Assembly: GCA_963784195.1 (NCBI GenBank)
Contig: CAWARA010000015.1
Coordinates: 166,334-230,333, forward strand
DNA from: an uncultured Acidobacteriota bacterium
GTDB taxonomy: Bacteria > Acidobacteriota > Vicinamibacteria > Vicinamibacterales > 2-12-FULL-66-21
Reading direction: 5' to 3'
Length of the DNA stretch: 64,000 bases
The translations under genes and the position numbers were made by a program. How positions within the stretch are numbered: the first letter of the stretch is position 1; every line of letters begins with the position of its first letter. Positions 9,693-20,193 of the stretch are shown here, one piece after another. Under the pieces are notes generated by a model, which had not been told where the DNA came from, searched no databases, and saw only the letters and a list, made by a program, of their open reading frames with translations.

Positions 9693-10319
9693 ATGGGACA
9701 TGTGTTCACGCGAGTAGCCGGTTACGGCGTCCGTTTGTTGCCTGAGCCCGGTACATCGTTGTCGGCAATTGAAACGCCAACGGCCGTCCGCATCCGTACC
9801 GACGGGGAACCGGAGTCCACGATCTCGATCGACTCCGCGAGGCGCGCGCTCGGCAACCAGGCATCCATCTTTGAAGCGGGAATTGAGCTGACTGCCGGCC
9901 CTGGCGCCTCTGCGTGGCAGCTCGAGACCAGCGTGTTCACGTGCGACTGGCCGCGCGATCTCGAGCTCGTGGTTCCTCACGAGGCACCCGATCCTCCTTT
10001 CTACCTCCTCGGACCGGGCGAGATGTCGATTTGGATCAACGGCCCTGTGCCCCGAGACCGGACTCCGACTTCGGAGAAGTTTCGATCTGCGGGACAATCT
10101 GTTCGCAAGACAGGTCGCACGGGTGACGCCGAATGGATTGACGTCTCATACGAACACGACGGCGAATCGTGGATGCAGCGGTACCATTTCGTTCCATGGA
10201 CCAGCCGTGAAGTGCTCGTTGCCGTTGTCCAGTCCCTCGATCGCGAAGGGCCGCCGGATTTCGTCGCGAAGTTCATCGCCTCGATACGTGAGACGCGTGA
10301 CGCCGACCATGGATTCTGA
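9693..10319 (+). CDS. Hypothetical protein
   Basis: 208-aa ORF overlapping the next gene start; no motif recognised. Confidence 0.6.
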   Translation: MGHVFTRVAGYGVRLLPEPGTSLSAIETPTAVRIRTDGEPESTISIDSARRALGNQASIFEAGIELTAGPGASAWQLETSVFTCDWPRDLELVVPHEAPDPPFYLLGPGEMSIWINGPVPRDRTPTSEKFRSAGQSVRKTGRTGDAEWIDVSYEHDGESWMQRYHFVPWTSREVLVAVVQSLDREGPPDFVAKFIASIRETRDADHGF

Positions 10320-10851
10320 GCTGCCCGCGGATCTCGTCATTCGCCGCGCGGAGCCCTCGGATGTCGATGCGATCGCGGAAGCGCATCGCGATTCGATCCG
10401 GTCGATTGGCCCGGCGTTCTATCCGCCGGACGCAGTCGACGCCTGGCAGCAGGGCCTTGCAGGCAACGTCTATCTCAAAGCCATGGAAGGCGAAGAGGTC
10501 TTCTTCATCGGCACCGGAAAGATCGATGGCAGGGAAGTGGTTCTCGGCTTTGCCAGCGATTACCGCATCGAGGGCGCGACTCACGGGACGTCGGTATACG
10601 TGAGAGGCATCGCGGCGCGACGCGGTCTCGGCACCTCTCTTCTTCGGCGGGCCGAGTCACACGCCGCCGCCAACGGCGCGACGAGCATCAGGATCGAAGC
10701 CTCACTCGCGGGTGTCGATTTCTACAAAAGGAATGGATACGTGGAGGTCGGCCGCGGCGAGACGCGCTTGATGTCCGGGCATCCGATCGCATGTGTCTTC
10801 ATGACAAAACAGCTCGAAGCTGCGAACGGCTCGTTCGTCAGCGGTTCGTAG
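10309..10851 (+). CDS. GNAT family N-acetyltransferase
   Basis: IRRAEPSD…; YVRGIAARRGLGTSLL acetyl-CoA motif; FYKRNGY. Confidence 0.85.
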   Translation: MDSELPADLVIRRAEPSDVDAIAEAHRDSIRSIGPAFYPPDAVDAWQQGLAGNVYLKAMEGEEVFFIGTGKIDGREVVLGFASDYRIEGATHGTSVYVRGIAARRGLGTSLLRRAESHAAANGATSIRIEASLAGVDFYKRNGYVEVGRGETRLMSGHPIACVFMTKQLEAANGSFVSGS

Positions 10852-10936
10852 TTCGTAGGCGGAGCCGCAACTATGACTCCAAACGTTGCGAGCCGCGCCG
10901 CGCACGCGTATGCTGATGCGGCAACAGGTGCGATGC

Positions 10937-11716
10937 ATGCAGAGAAGAGACTTCCTCAAACTGTCCGCGCTCGGTTCCCTTGGCCTCGGGCTGGAGCGGT
11001 TTCATCTCAACGCAACCACGCAGGCGGCAACTCGGAAGATCCTCATCGCCGGCGGCGGCTATGGCACCGCCTTCATTCGCTACATGGCCACGCTCACCGG
11101 CAAGCCGCGGCCGAAGCTCCTCTACCTGCCGACCGCGTCGGCCGATAGCCAGAGCGGCATCATCTCGTGGTTCAGGAGCTGCGCGCCGCTCGACGTCTAC
11201 CCGCTGGCGCAGGAGAGCTTCATCGCCAGCACACGTCAGACGCAGTCGTGGGAAGAGGTCCTCCTCACGGTCGACGGCATCGTCGCGTCCGGCGGAAACA
11301 CGCTGAACCAGCAGGCCATCTGGAAAGCGCAGGGGATCGACGTCATCCTCAGGCAGGCGTGGGATCGCGGGATCGTTCTCGGTGGCGCCAGCGCGGGATC
11401 GCTCTGCTGGTTCGAAGAAGGGACGACGGATTCCAGGCCGAAAGAGCTGACGACGGTCAAGTGCCTGGGATTCCTGAAGGGTAGTCACTGTCCCCATTAC
11501 GACCGCGAGCCGCAGCGGAGGCCGCTCTATCGCAAGCTGATTGCCTCGGGCGAGATGAAGCCCGGCTATGCGTGCGACAACGACGCGGGCATCTACTTCG
11601 AGGACAACGAGGTCAAGCGCGTCGTGTCGAGCCGTGCGGGTGCGAAGGTGTACTTCGTCAGCGCGTCCGGCGGAGAGGCCGTCGAGAAAGCGCTCGAGCC
11701 GGAGATGATCGCCTGA
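10937..11716 (+). CDS. Peptidase E (S51) family, Tat signal
   Basis: MQRRDFLK twin-arginine; LPTASAD, SGGNTLN, GASAG nucleophile, CPHYD. Confidence 0.9.
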   Translation: MQRRDFLKLSALGSLGLGLERFHLNATTQAATRKILIAGGGYGTAFIRYMATLTGKPRPKLLYLPTASADSQSGIISWFRSCAPLDVYPLAQESFIASTRQTQSWEEVLLTVDGIVASGGNTLNQQAIWKAQGIDVILRQAWDRGIVLGGASAGSLCWFEEGTTDSRPKELTTVKCLGFLKGSHCPHYDREPQRRPLYRKLIASGEMKPGYACDNDAGIYFEDNEVKRVVSSRAGAKVYFVSASGGEAVEKALEPEMIA

Positions 11717-11794
11717 CAGCCGCTTCGTCCCACCACTCGTGACCGCGGCAAGGTTTCGGGAGTAAGCTCCGGGCGAGAGGGGAGGAGCCTGCGC

Positions 11795-14236
11795 ATGGTT
11801 CGTGACGCGCAATACGCCATCCGGAAACTGACGCGGTCCCCGGGCTTCACGGCGGTCGTCGTCTTCACGCTCGCGCTCGGCATCGGCGCGAGCACCGCGG
11901 TCTTCAGCATCGTCAACGCGGTTGTGCTGCGGCCGCTCGCGTATCCGGAGCCAGAAAGGCTGGTTCGGATAACCAGCGAGCTGCGTGGCTTCGGCGCCAC
12001 GGACACGGGCGTCTCGTCAGCGGAGCTCATCGACTATCAGTCGCGCACCGATCTCTTCACCGCTGTTGCCGGGATGCTGCCCGTCAGCGCCAACGTGACG
12101 AGCGGCAGCGAGCCGGAGCGCGTCGAGATGATGCTCGTGAGCTGGAACTACTTCGCCGTCCTTGGCGTCGCGCCTGCGAACGGACGGGCCTTCGGGCCCC
12201 AGGACGACGTGCCTGGCGTCGCCAACATCGCGATCGTCAGCGACGCCTACTGGCGGCGCAGGCTCAACGCCGATCCAGACGCCGTGGGCAGAACGGTCGT
12301 CATCGACGGCGACCGGATCCTCGTCGTCGGCGTCATGCCCCCGGGCTTCCGGCATCCCGGACGAACCGTTCAGGCCGAGGTAGACGTGTGGAGTCCGGCT
12401 GGTTTTCGAAGCGGGCCGGTGAGTCGCAGCCGACGGCGACTGGAAGGCTGCCTCGCGCGATTGCAGCCAGGTGTGACACTGGAAAGCGCTCAGGGCCGGC
12501 TGGCTGAGTACGGCGCCCAGGTGAGTCAGCAATTCCCGTCCGACTATCCCACTCAGAACGGCTGGATACCCCGGCTGGTTCCGCTACAGGAAGATTTCGT
12601 CGGCCGTGTCGCTACGCCGATGTTCATGCTGCTCTGCGGCGTAGGTCTGCTGCTGCTCATCGCGTGTGGGAATGTCGCGCATCTGGTCCTCGCGAGATCG
12701 TCTGAACAGCGTCACGAGATGGCGATCCGTCAGGCGCTCGGCGCGAGCTCCGCCCGGCTGACGTTGCAGCTGGTGACCGAGAGCGCTCTTCTCGCGGGAG
12801 CTGGCGGAGCGCTCGGGCTGCTCGCCGCGTCGTGGGGCGTGCGCGGCCTGATCGCTCTCGCACCCGGTCACGTGCCCCGAATTGCCGACGTCTCGATTGA
12901 CCTCGACGCCGTCGTCGTGACCGGGCTCATCTCGTTCGTGGCTGCGATGATCTTCGGACTCATTCCAGCCATACAGACGACGCGCGCCACGACGTTCGCC
13001 GTGATGAAAGAAGGCGGAACAGGACGGACTGCTGACCCTCGTGCGGACCGCGTTCGAGGGCTCCTGGTCGCTGCGGAAGTCGCCATGGCGACGGTTCTGC
13101 TGATCGGCGCAGGTCTTCTCGTTCAAAGCGTCGTGCGAATGCTGAACGTTCCCCTGGGTTTCGAGACAGACCGCCTGATCACGGCTCGCATCGCGCTTCC
13201 GAGGCCGAACGACGTCGATCGCGCGGCCTATCTGAATCCGGCCCGCCGCGTCGCCTTCTATCGCGAGGCGCAGCGTCGCGTCGAGGCGCTTCCGGGCGTC
13301 GAACGCGTCGCCATGTCATCCCAGATCCCGATGGGCGGCTTCAATCCGCCGTTGTTCATCGAGCTTGACGGTCCGGTGTCGGCGGATCAGAGTCTCCGTC
13401 CTGCTATCCACCACTTTCAGGTCTCGCCCAGCTATTTCGACACGATGGGGGTGAGGATCGTGAGGGGACGCGGGTTCAGTGACTCCGATCGGGCCGGCAG
13501 CGAAGAGGTCGTGCTGGTCAGCGAAGCGGCTGTGCGCATTTTCTGGAAGGGTGCCGATCCCATCGGCAAGCGTGTCCGGTTCTCCAGCGACTTACCCTGG
13601 ATGACCGTCGTCGGTGTGGCCGGTGACGTGCTCAATCGGCGCCTGACCGAATCGCCCCAGCCGATCCTGTATCGCTCGCTCGAGCAGTCGTCAGATTTGT
13701 CGTTCGCGCTGCTTATACGTACGCGCGGCGAGACTCCCAATCTGGGCGAGATGGTCGCCCGCGAAGTTCGCGCGATTGATGCGGAGCTGCCCGTTTATTC
13801 GGTGAGGACCATGAACGAGCTGATTGGGACCGCGGTCGCGCAACGGCAGTTCCTGATGCGATTGCTGGTAGCCTTCGGCGCGATCGCGACAGTACTCGCC
13901 CTGTTGGGCATCTACGGTGTGATGGCCTACTCAGTGTCTCAGCGGACGCGGGAGATCGGCATCCGGATGGCAATCGGGGCGAGCCAGATCGACGTGTCGC
14001 GGATGGTCATGCGTCGCGGAGTGTTGCTCACGTCCGCGGGTGTGGTGCTGGGCATCGTCGTATCACTGGGCCTGACCCGGTTCATCAGGTCGCAGCTCTT
14101 CGGGGTTCAGCCGTCGGATCCGGTGACGATGACGTCGGTCATTGTCGTGATGATGATGGTTGCGTTGGCTGCTGCCTATCTTCCTGCGCGACGCGCAGCG
14201 CGGGTCGATCCGATAGTGGCGCTACGACAGCCGTAA
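11795..14236 (+). CDS. ADOP-family (duplicated MacB/FtsX) ABC-type permease
   Basis: LALGIGASTAVFSIV, LLIACGNVA, YSVSQRTREIGIRMAIGA, PARRAARVDP. Confidence 0.92.
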   Translation: MVRDAQYAIRKLTRSPGFTAVVVFTLALGIGASTAVFSIVNAVVLRPLAYPEPERLVRITSELRGFGATDTGVSSAELIDYQSRTDLFTAVAGMLPVSANVTSGSEPERVEMMLVSWNYFAVLGVAPANGRAFGPQDDVPGVANIAIVSDAYWRRRLNADPDAVGRTVVIDGDRILVVGVMPPGFRHPGRTVQAEVDVWSPAGFRSGPVSRSRRRLEGCLARLQPGVTLESAQGRLAEYGAQVSQQFPSDYPTQNGWIPRLVPLQEDFVGRVATPMFMLLCGVGLLLLIACGNVAHLVLARSSEQRHEMAIRQALGASSARLTLQLVTESALLAGAGGALGLLAASWGVRGLIALAPGHVPRIADVSIDLDAVVVTGLISFVAAMIFGLIPAIQTTRATTFAVMKEGGTGRTADPRADRVRGLLVAAEVAMATVLLIGAGLLVQSVVRMLNVPLGFETDRLITARIALPRPNDVDRAAYLNPARRVAFYREAQRRVEALPGVERVAMSSQIPMGGFNPPLFIELDGPVSADQSLRPAIHHFQVSPSYFDTMGVRIVRGRGFSDSDRAGSEEVVLVSEAAVRIFWKGADPIGKRVRFSSDLPWMTVVGVAGDVLNRRLTESPQPILYRSLEQSSDLSFALLIRTRGETPNLGEMVAREVRAIDAELPVYSVRTMNELIGTAVAQRQFLMRLLVAFGAIATVLALLGIYGVMAYSVSQRTREIGIRMAIGASQIDVSRMVMRRGVLLTSAGVVLGIVVSLGLTRFIRSQLFGVQPSDPVTMTSVIVVMMMVALAAAYLPARRAARVDPIVALRQP

Positions 14237-14252
14237 ACGCCAAGGTTACACG

Positions 14253-15228
14253 ATGCCGATTCCGCAGATACTTTGGGCTGGTCACCATCCTCACTGTTGC
14301 CTGTTGTGCCGCCGCGACGCCGGCACACGCCGAACCCGCGCGCTCCGTAAAAGTCACGGTCCTCTCGACGATGCTGGCCGGCGATCCCGGACGGGGCATC
14401 GGCGAATGGGGATTTGCGGCGCTCGTCGAGGTCGATGGCCAGCAGTTTCTGTTCGACACCGGCGCCCGCCCGGAGGCGGTCCTGCGCAACGCCGCGGAGC
14501 TCGGGATCGATCTGTCGGTCGTCACGGATTTGATCATCACGCACAACCACGCCGACCACACCGGCGGTCTCGTGCCATTGCGGCGAGCCGTGGCCGCGAA
14601 GAATTCGCGTGCGCTTTCGCGCGCCCACGTTGCGCGTGGAATCTTCGATCGGAGGCCCCTGCCAGACGGATCGGAAGGCAACGGCCTGCTGCCGCTGAAG
14701 GCGGAATACGAGTCCCTCGGCGGCACATTCATCGAGCATAAAGGGCCGATTCAACTCGGGCCTTCCGTCTGGTTCACCGGACCTGTGCCCCGGAACCATC
14801 CCGAACGAAACTGGAGCGGCAAAGGTCAGGTCCAGACCCCGACCGGTCTTGTCGAGGACACTATCGCAGAAGATGCCTCGCTCGTGATCGACACGCCGGA
14901 CGGTCTGATCGTGGTGAGCGGATGTGGTCATGCCGGGATCATCAACACGATCGACCAGGCACGCCGCGTGGTGCGCGAGGCAAACGTCCTGGCCGCCATT
15001 GGCGGATTCCATCTCTTTCCGGCCAACGACAGCGTGCTGAAGTGGACCGGGAGCAAGCTGAAGGAATTCGGTCTTCGGTACATGCTCGGGGCGCACTGCA
15101 CCGGTGTGGAAGCTGTCTTTCAGCTCCGCTCGATAGCCGGGTTGACGCGCGCCAACGCGGTGGTGGGCGCAGTCGGGTCGACCTTCATCCTTGGTCGCGG
15201 CATCGACGCATTGAGCCTCGCGCGGTAG
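14253..15228 (+). CDS. Exported MBL-fold metallo-hydrolase (one extra C just after the ATG)
   Basis: GEWGF, LFDTG, THNHADHTGG, GCGHAG, GGFHL, AHCTG; removing one C near 14256 restores signal MRFRRYFGLVTILTVACCAAATPAHA. Confidence 0.82.
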
Positions 15229-15249
15229 GGCATTGCTCGTTCGGCGTGC

Positions 15250-16833
15250 TTACGCCCCTCGCGCGATTTCATCCGCTGACCTCAACGCCAGCGCCACGAA
15301 CGTCAAAGTGCCATTCGTGCATCCGCCCGTCGGCAGCGTCGGCGCGCCAACGACGAACAGGTTCTGATGATCGTGCGTGCGGCCGTAGCTGTCGACGACG
15401 CTCGTTGCAGGGTCGGTGCCCATGCGGCAACCGCCGGCGGGGTGATCCTGATAGCTCAAGCCGTTGATCTGGCCGATACGGCCGTCGTTAGCCTTCGCCA
15501 AAGACGCAAACACATGCTGAATGTGTTCGCGCGTGGCGGCTGCACGCGACTCACTCGAGGAGTCGATTCGATGCTGAATGACCGGCAGGGGATCGCCGAA
15601 TCGATTCTTCGTGGACGGGTCGAGCGTCAGGCGGCTCTCCTTGTCCGGGTGGACGTCGTAGTACGCGCGGACGCGCGCCGTGGCGCGCGATATTCGCGAG
15701 CGCCAGTCCGCCATGAGCGCATCGCCCAGCAGCAGCTTCCCGCTCGCGTCCCTGAGCTGCGGCCCCCGGCCTCCAGCGTTTTCCCAGATTCGCAGGTCGT
15801 GACGAACGTATGGCTGATCCGGCCGGCAACGGAAGAACTGCCGCGATATGAGGCTGTGCTGCTCGTTCATGCCGGGGAAGACCTTCGCATCCAGATCGAT
15901 CGTCGTCTGATAGGCGAGGTGTCCCGTCATGTAGCGGCCGACGTGATCCGACGAGTTGGCCAGACCGTTCGGAAACCGGCTGTCGGTGCTCGTCAGCAGC
16001 AAGTGCGGGCTCCAGCAGTATCCGGAGGCGAGGATGAACGTGCGCGCGCGGTATTGAAGAGCCGCGCCAGTCTCGTCCTCGCGAACGGCATGCGCGACGG
16101 CAACACGTGGACTCCGCTCGTCGAGTGCAAGCCGCCGCACGAGAGTCTGGTCATGGAGCTGGAAGTTCTTGCCGGTCAGTAACCTCTTGAACGTCCAGTC
16201 CGGCGAGTATCGCGCGCCTGTGGGACAGATCTCGCACGTGTTGCATCGACGGCAGATGCTGCGGCCGTCATAGCCCTCGACGGTGTTCTTTGCCTGCGGC
16301 GTCGTTCCGAACCTGATGCCGCTCTTCTCGGCCCACGCTTTGAGCTGAATCAGGTTCCAGGTCATCGGCATGGCCGCCATCGGGTAAGGCTCGCTGCGCC
16401 AGTCCTCGGGAAGTGGACTCGGCTCGCCGGACACGCCCATCCGTCGCTCGGCTTCACAGCAATAGCGCTCGAGCTCCTTCCATTCGATCGGCCAATCCAC
16501 CGCAAGGCCATACATCGACTTCAGCCGCGTATCTTCTTCAGAGAACCGGTTGCACACGCCGCCCCAGTGCAGCGCCGATCCGCCGACGGCCATCGTCCGC
16601 GAAATGATCCCGCGAGCAGACTGATCTTCGATGAAGTCCCCCGGCCACATGTTCTCGCCGTAGTCCATGTTGCGCTGCCGGTACTTCATCCGGTTCGCCG
16701 CGTCGAAGAGACGCTTGCCCGCTTCGACGACAATGACCGACCAGTCCGGCCGTCGCTCGGCGAGCTTCTGAGCGACCAGGGCGGCGGTGATGCCGCCACC
16801 GACGATGAGCACGTCGCATTCGTGTTGTTGCAT
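15250..16833 (-). CDS. GMC family FAD oxidoreductase
   Basis: VLIVGGG FAD motif, VGGSALHWGG, CRRCNTCEICP, HPAGGCRMG, NGTLT. Confidence 0.92.
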   Translation of the reverse strand: MQQHECDVLIVGGGITAALVAQKLAERRPDWSVIVVEAGKRLFDAANRMKYRQRNMDYGENMWPGDFIEDQSARGIISRTMAVGGSALHWGGVCNRFSEEDTRLKSMYGLAVDWPIEWKELERYCCEAERRMGVSGEPSPLPEDWRSEPYPMAAMPMTWNLIQLKAWAEKSGIRFGTTPQAKNTVEGYDGRSICRRCNTCEICPTGARYSPDWTFKRLLTGKNFQLHDQTLVRRLALDERSPRVAVAHAVREDETGAALQYRARTFILASGYCWSPHLLLTSTDSRFPNGLANSSDHVGRYMTGHLAYQTTIDLDAKVFPGMNEQHSLISRQFFRCRPDQPYVRHDLRIWENAGGRGPQLRDASGKLLLGDALMADWRSRISRATARVRAYYDVHPDKESRLTLDPSTKNRFGDPLPVIQHRIDSSSESRAAATREHIQHVFASLAKANDGRIGQINGLSYQDHPAGGCRMGTDPATSVVDSYGRTHDHQNLFVVGAPTLPTGGCTNGTLTFVALALRSADEIARGA

Positions 16834-16842
16834 CGCGTCTCG

Positions 16843-17427
16843 TCAGCGTTCCGCAAGTGGACGCGGCTGACCGGCGGAATCGTCGAGCGTCCGGCAGCTG
16901 TCGCGGCCTATCTGTGCGCGATAACATCGATCCCAGGCGTCGGCGCTCGTGAAGTAGCTGCCCATGAAGTCCGCAATGAGGTTCACCCCCGTCGGCTGCG
17001 CGGGCAGGCGGTTGACGGGCTTGGGTTCGTTGAGCAGCTTCTCGACGATGTCCCGCCGGGCGGCGGGTGCCAGCGCGGCGAACGTCGCGGCGCCGCGATC
17101 GCGTGCAGCGGCGTCAAGCCCGGCGAATTGGTCGGGATAGCGTCGTGCGGGGGAGGGGCCTGCAGGCACGCGCAGCGTTGACGCGCCGTATCCGTGTCCC
17201 ATGTCGGCGCCCTCGCGGTAGCTCGCGAACCAGGCGACAAACCGGTCGACGACACGCTGACGTTCGGATGCACCGACGTCGGAAGGAAGCACGACATCGG
17301 CAATCGCCGTCAGGGTCGCCACGTTGGAATCGCTGAACGCCGGCGGCTGGAACACGCGCGCGAGACTACGGATCGGCCGCAAGACGACGAGCGCGGCGGC
17401 GATCTGCAGCAACGTGCGACGGAGCAT
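16843..17427 (-). CDS. Tat-exported small partner subunit (gluconate 2-dehydrogenase subunit 3-like)
   Basis: MLRRTLLQ signal; TLTAIADVVLP; FAALAPAARRDIV; directly upstream of the GMC gene. Confidence 0.7.
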   Translation of the reverse strand: MLRRTLLQIAAALVVLRPIRSLARVFQPPAFSDSNVATLTAIADVVLPSDVGASERQRVVDRFVAWFASYREGADMGHGYGASTLRVPAGPSPARRYPDQFAGLDAAARDRGAATFAALAPAARRDIVEKLLNEPKPVNRLPAQPTGVNLIADFMGSYFTSADAWDRCYRAQIGRDSCRTLDDSAGQPRPLAER

Positions 17428-17803
17428 GACGCGCGGATTATAGTGGATCTGTCAGCCGACCCATCTTAAGGTCGCCGAAGTTGTTCGTTTCAGCGATCTT
17501 GCCGATGATGTCGCCGAGAAACCTTTCGAGCTCCGACCTCGTTCCGCAGCTGTATGATCCTTCAGCCACAGAGTGAATGCTGTAAGCCTCGACGCTAGAT
17601 TTCAAAGCAGTACCGCTGAGCGGCTCGCGGGCTTTCGCCAGGTGGCGCCGCAGTTTGTGACCGAACGCGAAGCCGAAGGCCTTCCGAAAGCGTCGTGGGT
17701 TGGCGAAGTTCTGCGTTCGGTGTTTCTGCCTGATCGAACGCCGGGATTCCGAGGTGCGACCTGGAGTCCGCGGCAGATGTGATCCTCGCCAGGCGGGAGT
17801 GAA

Positions 17804-18295
17804 ATGATGTGGTTTCGTCGTAAACCGAAGCCGGATACCTCGGAGGCGGCTCGCGAACTGCGCCAGCTGGCACTCACCGTGGTTGCCAGCGATCTCGGGC
17901 TCGCTCCTACGGCTGCTCGTCCGAACGTCTGGGGCCTCCTGATGGAGACCGCGTATCCGGAGGGAGTTGCCACGCTGGTCGTTCTCGCCGATGGCACGAC
18001 GAGCTTGTACTTCAGCGGCGGAGGGGGCGTAATTGGTGCTGGTGATCACGACAGCGTCCGCGCCGCCGGAGAGATGGTGCTGTCGGCTACCGAAGCGCAC
18101 CTACCACACTTCGTCACGGCAGGTGAGACGCCTCTGCCGGATGTCGGGCGCGTGCGATTCTACGTGCGAACGTTCGATGGGATAAAAGGCGCGGAGGCCG
18201 ACGAGGAGGATCTTGGTGAGGGACGTCATCCGTTGTCGCCGGTGTTCCACGCCGCTCACGAGGTGATTGGAGCGATCAGGCAGGTATCGCCCTAG
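17804..18295 (+). CDS. Conserved hypothetical protein
   Basis: GGGAG SD; ATLVVLADGTTSLYFSGGGGVIGAG motif. Confidence 0.75.
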   Translation: MMWFRRKPKPDTSEAARELRQLALTVVASDLGLAPTAARPNVWGLLMETAYPEGVATLVVLADGTTSLYFSGGGGVIGAGDHDSVRAAGEMVLSATEAHLPHFVTAGETPLPDVGRVRFYVRTFDGIKGAEADEEDLGEGRHPLSPVFHAAHEVIGAIRQVSP

Positions 18296-18350
18296 CAACA
18301 GGTTCCGGAACGGCCTCTCGCGATCCTCGTGAATCAGGGATAATGACCGC

Positions 18351-19106
18351 GTGCGTCGACGCGTTCATACCGCGCTCGCCGTCGTCTTCAGCGCCATCCT
18401 GGCTGCAGCGGTTCAGTCTGATGCGGCGATCCAGCCGCGCCGGGCAGACGTCACTTACGACGGCCGCTTCACATTCGTACGACTGCGCTGGGGGTCGGAC
18501 TCCATGTTTTCCAGGCGCGGCTTCAGCGCTGCCTGGAATCACGACTATCCCCGTGCGGAACAGCATCTCTCGTTGATCCTCGACGAGCTTACGGCTGTCG
18601 ACGTCCGCACCGACCGAACCCTTCTGCTCTCGCTCGACGACCCCGAGTTGTTCAACTACCCAATTGCCTACATGTGGGAACCGGGCTTCTGGAGCCTCAC
18701 CGACCGTGAGGCGCTTTCATTTCGCGAATACCTGTTGAAGGGTGGCCTCGCCGTCTTCGAGGACTTCGACGGGCCGGAGCAGTGGAGCCATTTCGAAGCG
18801 CAGATGCGACGCGTGATTCCGGACGGCCGCTTCATCAAACTCGACAACACGCACCGCATCTTCCGGTCGTTCTTTCAGGTCCAGGATATCGAAGGGATCG
18901 TCCACCCGATGACCGGCATTCGTCCGAGCTACTACGCACTCTACGAGGACAACGACCCGTCCGGGCGGCTGATGGTCGTCGCCAACTTCGACAACGACGT
19001 GCCGGAATACTGGGAATGGTCAGGGCAGGGGCTGTACCCGTTCGACGCATCGAACGAGGCGTACAAGCTCGGGGTCAACTACGTGATCTACGGGTTGACG
19101 CATTAG
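18351..19106 (+). CDS. DUF4159 domain protein
   Basis: FTFVRLR, WNHDYPRAE, LDDPELFNYP, LREYLLKGG, GVNYVIYGLTH. Confidence 0.88.
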   Translation: MRRRVHTALAVVFSAILAAAVQSDAAIQPRRADVTYDGRFTFVRLRWGSDSMFSRRGFSAAWNHDYPRAEQHLSLILDELTAVDVRTDRTLLLSLDDPELFNYPIAYMWEPGFWSLTDREALSFREYLLKGGLAVFEDFDGPEQWSHFEAQMRRVIPDGRFIKLDNTHRIFRSFFQVQDIEGIVHPMTGIRPSYYALYEDNDPSGRLMVVANFDNDVPEYWEWSGQGLYPFDASNEAYKLGVNYVIYGLTH

Positions 19107-19180
19107 CAACAGTCGCCGGACCGACTGAGTGTTCAACTGTGTTTGTTCCGAGGTCGGGTGACGGCCCCACGGGTTGCATG

Positions 19181-19257
19181 ACGATCGCGACGGCCACGAC
19201 GACCACGACGGCAAACCATTTGACGTCGTGAACGTCGCGTCGTCGTGCTCGTCGCGA
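19181..19257. repeat. Second, more degenerate copy of the CGACG palindromic element
   Basis: 19181-19210 matches 9315-9344 at 29/30 nt. Confidence 0.85.
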
Positions 19258-19392
19258 CAGCCGTCGGCCTCGTCTCGGCAGTTCCAGTTGTAGTCGGGGA
19301 GGGTTAGCCTGGTCTGGGGCGTCATGTGTTGCATCGCCTGGCTAGTTCATTCGAAAGATGCGGGAGATACCCAACCCAGGTCCCGGCCGCTC

Positions 19393-20112
19393 ATGAGCCC
19401 CTTCAGTCAGAGGGCGTGGGCTTGTCGCTGTGAATGGGGTCAGGCCGCCGTCACCGGGCTCGAGCCTGCGGACGTCACCGTTGTGATCGACGTGTTTTCT
19501 TTCACCACGTGCGTGGATGTCGCCGTCTCACGGGGTGCCGCGATTCTTCCGTATCCCTGGAACGATCCGTCTGCCGCTGAGTTCGCGCGCCGCCATTCCG
19601 CCGAACTCGCCGGCCGGCGACGGCAAACCCGATACTCGTTGGCTCCTGAGTCATACCTCGACGCGCCTGCCGGCCTGCGCTGCGTCCTTCCGTCACCGAA
19701 CGGCGCGCAAATCAGCCTCGCTGTGGCGAACACGACACCCGTTCTGCTCGCCGGCTGTCTGCGGAATGCGCGAGCGGTAGCCGAGGCAGCATTGAGTCTC
19801 GGCCGCACCTTCAATGTGATTCCGGCCGGGGAGCGATGGCCGGACGGCTCACTCCGTCCCGCACTGGAGGATTGGTTGGGCGCAGGGGCTATCCTGCGAT
19901 GGCTGCCACCCAGTCGTTCGCCGGAGGCCGAGTCGGCGGTCGCCCTGTTCGAACATCATCGTGAAAGGCTCGTCGACACCTTGCGTCAGTGCGGGTCGGG
20001 CCGCGAGCTCGAGGGCAGAGGACACCTCGAGGATCCGTTGATTGCCAGCCAGTTGGATGTGAGTTCGTGCGCCCCCCGATTCGACGGCGTAGCATTCGTG
20101 TCGCAACAATGA
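19393..20112 (+). CDS. 2-phosphosulfolactate phosphatase (ComB) family
   Basis: VVIDVFSFTT, LPSPNG, GCLRNARAVA, AGERW…RPALEDWLGAGAI. Confidence 0.85.
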   Translation: MSPFSQRAWACRCEWGQAAVTGLEPADVTVVIDVFSFTTCVDVAVSRGAAILPYPWNDPSAAEFARRHSAELAGRRRQTRYSLAPESYLDAPAGLRCVLPSPNGAQISLAVANTTPVLLAGCLRNARAVAEAALSLGRTFNVIPAGERWPDGSLRPALEDWLGAGAILRWLPPSRSPEAESAVALFEHHRERLVDTLRQCGSGRELEGRGHLEDPLIASQLDVSSCAPRFDGVAFVSQQ

Positions 20113-20148
20113 GCCGGCGCGACCCCGGCCGCCGGAACTGAATGGTCA

Positions 20149-20178
20149 GCACGTGGCACGTCGGCACGTCAGCACGTG
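20149..20178. repeat. GCACGT tandem array (4 units)
   Basis: GCACGTG GCACGTCG GCACGTCA GCACGTG, intergenic. Confidence 0.8.
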
Positions 20179-20193
20179 ACACACTATCTGCCA

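Noticed and set aside
18293..19113. TAGCAACAG after two successive stop codons
   Set aside because: Only 9 nt in two copies; chance cannot be excluded
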